Origin: Chromera velia
Taxonomy: Eukaryota
Assembly (NCBI GenBank): GCA_018398765.1
Contig: JAHBMJ010000387.1
Span: 1-49,483, forward strand
DNA: 49,483 bases
Direction: 5' to 3'
A program made the translations under genes and the position numbers. The notes beneath the pieces are model-generated. The model was not told where the DNA came from. It worked only from the letters and a program-made list of their open reading frames with translations, and did no database searches. Positions 38,679 through 46,548 of the stretch are shown piece after piece. Every line of letters begins with the position of its first letter. Within the stretch, counting starts at the first letter, position 1.

Positions 38679-39352
38679 TCGCCTCGGGGGGCAGCTCAGC
38701 TCTGCTGAGATCAGCCGAGAGGCCCTGAGATCGCACGCACTCGCATAACGCATTTTTTCATTTTGGGGGGGGGGGAATCGGTTCTGTCTCTGTCGCGGTT
38801 GGTCGGTGTCGCCCGAGTTCTAAAATGTGCCCCTCAAGCAACTCGTACAGAGCCGTGATCGCGTGTGTCTTACTTACTTTGCATATATGCGTGCCCCTCA
38901 ATACCCCTCAAGAACCTCCCTGAACCTAAGTGTCACTTAAAAAAATATAATCAAGATGATCTCTATTTGCGGGATCGTTTTTCAAGAGACCGTCCATGCT
39001 TGTGGTGTACACGGTCAAGATACCATCCAGATATACGGCCTTGGCTTTTAAGACACCGTAAATGATCCACGCCTGGGACACAGACTTTCAAGCTTATCCA
39101 AAAATGCGGCTTTAACTTTTAAGTGGTAGTTAGGTTTAGGGAGGTCCCTTCAAGTAACTCGTACAAGTTGCACATGCATATACGATGCGCGTGGTCTCGA
39201 AAAGCATATACTTCACGCGTATTGCCGTGGCCCCCGCCCTATGGCAATATACAAAACATGCCTAAGCCCCCGATGATGTGCACTAATCAAATATGAGCAG
39301 ACCCCCTAAATAGCCCCCCGAGGCACTTCCCCAACTGGTTGGGTGTATCCCG
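38679..39352 (+). mobile_element. Non-autonomous Helitron-like element, copy 1, with nested MITE-A
   Basis: Boundaries A|TC...CCCG|T with no TSD. GCCTCGGGGGGC (38681-38692) is inverted by GCCCCCCGAGGC (39313-39324). A 3' hairpin CCCAAC-TG-GTTGGG follows. Full-length homology to 39497-40170. Confidence 0.7.
38913..39146. mobile_element. MITE family A, copy 2
   Basis: AACCTCCCTGAACCTAA...TTAGGTTTAGGGAGGTC. TSD ccctcaag/ccttcaag. The empty site is visible in the sister host element. Confidence 0.92.
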
Positions 39353-39473
39353 TTATATGTAACGGTCTAGGTAGAATGCATGGGGGTGGGGGACTCCTGT
39401 ACAAGAGATGCTCTGCAAACCGCAGCCCCGCAGGCCAAGAGTCTACCACAATACAATACAATACAAAACAATA
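39353..39473 (+). mobile_element. Probable 5'-truncated LINE/SINE 3' end with a (CAATA)n tail
   Basis: GC-rich segment with an imperfect stem (GACTCCTG...CAAGAGTC), followed by CAATACAATACAATACAAAACAATA. Confidence 0.4.
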
Positions 39474-39496
39474 ATATATTAATATATATATACCGA

Positions 39497-40170
39497 TCAC
39501 CTCGGGGGGCAGCTTAACTTTGCTGAGATCAGCCGAGAAGCCCTGAGATCGCATGCACTCGCATAATATATTTTTTTATTTTTGGGGGGGGGGAATCGGT
39601 TCTATCTCTATCGCGGTTGGTCAGTGTCGCCCGAGTTCTAAAATATGCCCCTCAAGCAACTCGTACAGAGTCGCGATCGCGTGTGCCTAACCTCCCTGAA
39701 CCTAAGTGCCACTTCAAAAAATATTATTAAGATGGTCTCTATTTGCAGCATCGTTTTTCAAGAGACCGTCAACGCCTGTGGCGTAGATGGCCACGACACC
39801 ATCCCGATATGCGGCTTTAGCTTTCAAGACACCGTAAATGATCCGCGCCTGCGGCGCAGACTTTTAAGCTTATCCAAAAATGCGGCTTGAACTTTGAAGT
39901 GGTAGTTAGGTTTAGGGAGGTCGCGTGCCTTACTTACTTTGTGCATATGTGTGCCCTTCAATACCCCTCAAGTGTAACTTGCACGGAGTTGCACATGCAT
40001 ATACGATGTGCACAGTTCTGAAAAGCATACTTCGCTGCCATAGCCCCCGCCCCATGGCAACACACAACTTAGACATGCCTAAGCCCTGTGATGGTGTGCA
40101 CCAATCAAATATGAGCGGACCCCCTAAATAGCCCCCCGAGGCATTCACCCAACTGGTTGGGTGTATCCCG
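39497..40170 (+). mobile_element. Non-autonomous Helitron-like element, copy 2, with nested MITE-A
   Basis: Same termini as copy 1 (A|TC...CCCG|T). Inverted CCTCGGGGGGC/GCCCCCCGAGG. Hairpin CACCCAAC-TG-GTTGGGTG lies 7 nt before the end. Confidence 0.7.
39689..39922. mobile_element. MITE family A, copy 3
   Basis: Same TIRs as copy 2. TSD gtgtgcct/gcgtgcct. The empty site is visible in copy 1 of the host. Confidence 0.92.
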
Positions 40171-40422
40171 TATATTATGCAATATTTATGCAAGCAATAT
40201 GTGGTCCAAGGGCCCCTAAGTAAACAACACCGGCCCTTGCATGGCCCGGCATGCTGAACTGCCCTCCGCGCGGTGTTGCATGCGCATTATGGTCAACACA
40301 ATGCGATACAATGCGCGATCAAAACCTTCCTTCCACTCTTTGCGGGACCAAGTTGTTACTATACGGAACCTTTGCGGGGCCAAGTCTGACGTTTAACCGA
40401 ATCCGTGCAAGAACTTCTGACC

Positions 40423-40434
40423 TATATATATATA
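40423..40434 (+). promoter_or_regulatory. Candidate TATA element upstream of the mitochondrial-protein gene
   Basis: TATATATATATA in a GC-balanced context, about 180 nt before the ATG at 40606. Confidence 0.4.
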
Positions 40435-40605
40435 GCTGCGCTCCCCGATGCTTCAAAATTCGATTCTCTTGGTGAATGGAAGCAGATTTTCTTTGCCTTG
40501 TAGGTTGTGCGTGTGACTCCAACTCCATCTTTTGAAACTTAGGCAGCCGTCTACCCGTCTGGTTGTGCTTGAATAAATTCGTCAACCTCGTGCGTCTCCG
40601 TACCC

Positions 40606-41421
40606 ATGTTTCTTTCACGCCTCAGAATGTGCGCCCCCGCTGTAAAGCGGGCGGTCGCCCCCGCAAGCCGGAGATTCTTCTCTCGTCCGGCTGTGCTTCT
40701 CGGTGGAGGTGCTGTCGCTGGTACCCTGGCGCAGACCTACCTGGGCTCTTCTGACAAGACCTGGTTTGACTCCAGGTACCATACCGAAAAGAGCGGAGAT
40801 GACCTTTTGGAATTCTACCAAGACCATGCTCTTTTGCACGTCATTGCAATTCTTCCCTGGGCATATGATCTTGTCATGGGTAACGTGACCTTCGATGATG
40901 TCCCCGAGGAGGGTTGGGAGAACTCCACGACCAACAAAATGTTTGGAATGGAAGTCAGCTTCACCATCACCCAAGAGGATGGGGAGGACGAAGATGGCAA
41001 CGAGGTTGTCATGCAGTTCAACAGAAAGGAGCTCTTCAGAAACTACATCCCCGGAACCAAGATCCGGATTGCCGAGCAGATTTGGCACTTCGGTTTCACC
41101 CGCCAGGAAGACGGCACGTATGAAGTCTACCACACATCGACTTCCTACTGGGGCCCCTTCCCAGGCAAGTGGGTGATCACAGCGCACCAGCTGTTCGTCG
41201 CCTTCCTCTGCAAGCTGCATGTCAACAGCGAGGAATTCGGAAACGACACCGACGCTGCCGAGGAGCGTCTCCATCACCTTCCAAAGTGGATCATGGGAAT
41301 GCTCTTCGGAAAAGACAAGAAGACGAGCTTTGTGCAGGAGTTCATTGACACAGTCGTCGGCAAGCCCTCGAATGCCACCATCCTCGCAGCTCGTGCGAAC
41401 CTCAAGGCTGCGGCTGAGTAA
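40606..41421 (+). CDS. Uncharacterised, probably mitochondrion-targeted protein, 271 aa, intronless
   Basis: The N-terminus is Arg/Ala/Ser-rich and lacks acidic residues (MFLSRLRMCAPAVKRAVAPASRRFFS). A hydrophobic GGGAVAG stretch follows, then a globular domain. Strong C/G third-position bias. Confidence 0.85.
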   Translation: MFLSRLRMCAPAVKRAVAPASRRFFSRPAVLLGGGAVAGTLAQTYLGSSDKTWFDSRYHTEKSGDDLLEFYQDHALLHVIAILPWAYDLVMGNVTFDDVPEEGWENSTTNKMFGMEVSFTITQEDGEDEDGNEVVMQFNRKELFRNYIPGTKIRIAEQIWHFGFTRQEDGTYEVYHTSTSYWGPFPGKWVITAHQLFVAFLCKLHVNSEEFGNDTDAAEERLHHLPKWIMGMLFGKDKKTSFVQEFIDTVVGKPSNATILAARANLKAAAE

Positions 41422-42219
41422 AAAACTCGTGACTGTCTGCCCCCCGTCTCTGTCCTTCATTGCAGACGAAGACATCGCGGTAAAGCGTCATCCTGACACT
41501 GAAAAAAAAGGAACACATAAACAAAGGAAGAGTTTTGTTGTACCGAGGCATACTCCACCAGGAGGGGGGGCAGAGCGAAAGGTTCCAGTGCCCTTCCATT
41601 CTGTGGGATGGTCTCTCTGCAATTCATGTGAAAAAGTGCATGTGTGTGAAGGGTCGGTCAGGTGCATGCTTGGAATGTCTGACTTACTCACTTGCTGTGC
41701 TTGTTGGGAGGGTTCGTTGAAGGGAGAGTGAAGGGAAAGGATTCCTCGGCCAAGTTAGGCAGTTTCCAGGGGGTTCTTTGGAGGAGGTTGAGAAGAAAGT
41801 AAAAACCTGTGCCAGGCCTGGGATTGGACAGCAAAGTTTGACAGCTCCAGGCTCGGTTTCAGGGGACTGGGCCCTTTTGGGCATGTGCAGCGCATGTAGA
41901 CAGCCGAAGGTAGTAACAAAGAGAAGGAACTCCAGTGACGGCAAAAGAATGATGAAATCATAGCAGTGTCTCAAATTGCATCTTGACGTGTGTCTGGCTG
42001 AATGGCCAACATGCAGAAGTTTTCGATCTCTGTAAAGGTCTGTGTGTATGTCGATCGATCTGCTCAGTGATGAGTCACTGTCAGAGTCTGTAACCGTGAC
42101 TCTGACAGCATGTATACTTCATGAGCCAGCAAATCAAGCTCTGCATTCGCAGTGGTGATAGCTAGAGCAGTAGTTCCTTGGCGACTTCTTATGCAACGTC
42201 GGATGCGTTGGTTTATAGT

Positions 42220-42880
42220 CACTTTATACATAACAGTATATATAATAATACGTAGGTTTTCTAGACTAGTTTCTACAGCAAACTATGAAACAGTTTATGA
42301 CTAAAACATAAATTTACTACTAGTATTAAAACTTAAAACTTGAAGACTCTGATGTTTCAATAGTTAGATATTTTAGCTTTGATTGATTTGGACTGAATGT
42401 TAAAACTTAAAAGTTGAAAGCCCGGGTTTTCAAAGCCGCATGTTCTTTAGAATTTGAGTAGGAACTGTCAATTAAGAAACTTGAAGTCTAACCATGCGCG
42501 ACTCTTAGTATGACACTGCGACTCTAGCCTAGACTCTGGCCTATAAACCTAGGCCCAGACTCCAACGGGAGTCCGACCGTCGGACGATCATTTTATTATA
42601 GTATTCAAATCAGAATCAAATAGGTGATTCGGAATAATTTAGCTTCGAATAAATTAGAGATGATCGATCTAGTGATCGATGAATTAATCTTAAAGTAAAT
42701 CGATTTTAAAACTTTTTTTTTGTAAAGTTTGAAGGTTTAGTATGTACATATTTATATAACAAAAAAAGTCTACGCCTCTTGCTATATATAGACTCATTTT
42801 TTTGAATATCTTGTTGTTTACTGCATGCCATACAGTATCATACAGTGTTAGCTGAAAGTGTAAATAATGTATTATACTAC
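42220..42880. mobile_element. AT/TpA-rich eroded repeat island between convergent genes
   Basis: TA-dense sequence with recurring TTAAAACTTAAAA(C/G)TTGAA-type units and a residual GC palindrome. Confidence 0.45.
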
Positions 42881-42881
42881 G

Positions 42882-43472
42882 TTATACTATGAATTTGTCA
42901 CCTGCTTCCCTGTCCTTCATTTCTTCAAGCAATTCGCTTTCCTTCAAATTTGTTCCTTTACAATTCAACCAGATATCGCTTGTATCGCATACGCACGGTT
43001 TGACGCCCCCCCACCCAGTTTTGAACCGCCATGCTGCATCATCAGGGAAGCATCCGTTGTCCCGATTTCCATTCGTCGCTAACAGCATTATTTCAAACTT
43101 GTAGTAATCTTCTTCATCCATCATCGTAAACTGCACCGAGTCCCAGCCGTCTCTTCGTAGTTTCTCCGCATAGTATGGCCAGTCGCGCTTACCAAAAAAA
43201 CTATCTTCCGCGGCATACATCTGTACGACGTCTCGGTGAGTCTTAAAAGCTTTGGTCTTTCCGATATTTACGTAAACACCGGATCCTCTAGAAAAGTAAA
43301 ACCACATCCCGCCCCGATTCGGATCACCGGCCTCGTGCATGACCTCTACAAGGGAGTCGGAAGGGAAACCGGCCTCGAGATTAAAGCTGCGGGCAGAAGA
43401 AACACAGATGCGTACAAATAGCTAAAATCGGTACACATGTGTACACACACATGCACAAGCACACACGCACAT

Positions 43473-43520
<48 letters not shown>

Positions 43521-43652
43521 CCACGCTCACAGAGAGAGAGAGGGAGAGAGAGAGAGAGACCTCTTCCGTTCTATTGTTCTCTCTTCGCTCTCTCGCTCTC
43601 TCGCTCTTTCTTTCGCTCTTTCTTTCGCTCTTTCTTTCGCTCTTTCTTTCGC

Positions 43653-43734
<82 letters not shown>

Positions 43735-43794
43735 TTCCTTCATTTTTTTCTTTCTTTCCCGCATTCCTTCTTTCCTTCCTTCCTTCATTCCTTC

Positions 43795-43829
<35 letters not shown>

Positions 43830-45226
43830 CTTTCCTATTTTTTTGGTGTTCCCTTTTGGTGCTGCATGCCTGGCCGGCTGGGTGGGCGAGGAGTGAGACA
43901 AAAGAGCAAAAGGCTTCACGATACAGAACTTTCCAGAGAAATAAAATGTCACTGTAAACGGTGCACAGACCGAGCTAGACATTCGCCTTGACAGCCCCAA
44001 ATGCAAACTGAACAAAGAGGGGGCACACGGAAGAGCTAGAAGCATGAGGTCTTGCAAGCGGGTGAGTACGCTAAAATAGAGCATAACGTCTTGGAAGCAG
44101 GTGGGCATGCAGACAGACAGGCAAGTAGGCAAATCAGCAAGCCAGCAGGGGGGCTTTTGTGCAGTCATTTGATTTTCATCTTTTCTGGAGGGGCCCGGTT
44201 CCGACTCTGGAGGACGGTCATCCCTGTATGCATGTTTGTACCTATGCATGTTTGCATTCATGTACGGATCTCTCTATGTGTATCACTGTATGAAGGCAGT
44301 GGGTAATGAAGATGCGCTCACCTGATTCCCGTCATTTCTGGAGGATTGTCGAGCACGGTCATCACAGGGTAGATGGACCGACACAGGTTCGCGGGCTGGT
44401 GCCAGTTGCCTCTGTAGAACAGTTCTCCTGCAGAAATTCGTGAAACGGGGAAGGCAAACATCCAGACGCAGAAAGAAGTGAAAACTGCGAGTCAGATAGT
44501 CTGCCCAAAAAACCAAATCTTCGCGGCCGGCAACTTCGTTGGGCTCGGTTTGCATGCGCATCCATTGATAGAAGTGCTTCCGCACATTCAGATTGAGTCG
44601 AACAGTGCATGTGGCTTTATTTATCCGTATCGACACATACAAGTACAGGCGCGACAAGAAACCTTCACAGGTGCATGCATATACTGACCATACAAGTAAG
44701 GCTGATAGGAGGGTACTGGAGGATAGTCTGGGGGTCCCCCAAACTGCCGAACCACAACGTCATCCTGTACTTTCTTGGGAAGCAAGCGCGTGTGAAAACA
44801 GCTCAGCAGACGCAGATCTAACGGAAATTCTATTGTGTCCACGCCGTAAACCTCCTCGAAGTAGTCCTTCCATATTGATGACTCCAATTCGTCCAGATTT
44901 GCAAAACCCTGACTCAGGTGCGTACGGTTGTTTACAGACACAGGCAGCACTGCTGACTCTGACTGCCTGATACAGGAAGGGGGCAGACCACACTTCCTGC
45001 TTCCCCACACAGAGAAAATAATGATGGACGAGACCACACCTCCTAAAACAAAACCGGCGGCACAAAGAAGGCATCCGAACCCGCACTTTTGCCCGCGACG
45101 ATTTTGAAAGGAAGCCGACGAAGAGGCAGGGGACTCTACTGCAATGGGCTGCGCTGCTTGGAGGGCTTGCTGCACAGTTTCACTGCCGTGCAGGTCAAGA
45201 CCTCCCTCTGCTTTCCCGACGTCCAT
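42882..45226 (-). CDS. Uncharacterised type II membrane protein, 382 aa; exons 45226-44689, 44427-44322, 43386-42882
   Basis: Phase-consistent splicing totals 1149 nt. One TM segment (CLLCAAGFVLGGVVSSIIIFSVW). The luminal domain has VEVMH, WFYFSRGSG, GWDSVQF and GW-x4-CVC-x7-NC motifs. Confidence 0.82.
43440..43830. repeat. Intronic CA/GA/TTTC/CT microsatellites
   Basis: Seen directly in the sequence. Confidence 0.95.
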
Positions 45227-46106
45227 GATGTATGCAAGAAATCAGGTCAGACACCGACTGGAGGTTGGGAATTAATTAACAGGTCGTTCTACAAGCATGG
45301 ATACATAGATATGTTCTGTTGTGACTGCAGGGTGCTCGTAGACACCTGGACAGTCGTTTCTGTGTCGTACAAATCTGCACAAAAACCAAAAATCTGTCAC
45401 ACGGGAGCCTCGAGTCTTAATTGGGACTCAAAGTTGGGAGAGAATGAATGATCGAAGTGGATTCGCTAGCTATTAATTATAGGCAAGGTGAGTGCAGACT
45501 GCACCCCGACCAAACTATAAACTATATAAACTAAGACTATAGCTGCGACGCGCGCATGACGCGCGAAGCTACGGGCATGTGCGCTGTTTGGTACCGATAC
45601 ACGCAATTCAATGACACGTATAAAGATATATACTAAAAGCCTCATGCATTCAGCGGCAATTTCAGCCTCGGTCTCTATATATATATATACATATATATAC
45701 TATAAGAAAAGGTTTATATATATCCTCGTACATACATTGAAGCACATATGGCTATATAGATACTGTCAACAGTTGTCCACGATGTGCAAGACTAGCTGGC
45801 ATTGTAGACAGAAAGCCGGCCGAGCGACCAATCAATCATGCAACAGAGACTCACGCAGCAAAAAAGCAGGAAAAAAGGAGTGCAACCGGAAAATTGCAAG
45901 ACGACAGCGATGTGAGTACCGTACCGATAGGAAACCGAAGGGCGGTGTCCTTTTCCCTCTGAAAGAGCCTCGGTCTGGAACCACACTCTTCTAATCTTAC
46001 AATGTTCTTTTGTTCGAGGTTTTTCTGTAGATAGGAAAAAGTAGATCGAGGCGCACGAAAACAGCGCAAGCAGCAAAAACTGTGCAACTTTCCCGGAAAG
46101 GCGCCA

Positions 46107-46297
46107 ATGGTTTGCCGCTCTACCTTGTTCGGTAAGTTGGGAACTGAGGAGTGTCTCCTTGATTTTGACTCCTCAGGGTCATCTAGCAATCCATCGTTGT
46201 GTGCATATATAAGTTCATCTGTATGAAATTAAAGCGCCAGATTTTCTTTGACCTTTTTTCTGTACAAGCGACACGCATGCGCTTTCATTTCTGCAGA

Positions 46298-46360
<63 letters not shown>

Positions 46361-46446
46361 CGTGTGTGTGTGTGAGCGTGTGAGTGCGTGCGTGCGTACG
46401 TGCGTGCGTGCGTGCGTGTGTGTGTGTGTGAGCGTGTGTGAGTGTG

Positions 46447-46496
<50 letters not shown>

Positions 46497-46499
46497 TGA

Positions 46500-46548
<49 letters not shown>

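Noticed and set aside
40472..40503. Possible 32-nt 5' UTR intron
   Set aside because: It is much shorter than other introns here and cannot be supported without transcripts.
40615..41475. 286-aa antisense ORF
   Set aside because: It mirrors the codon-biased sense gene and has no protein-like features of its own.
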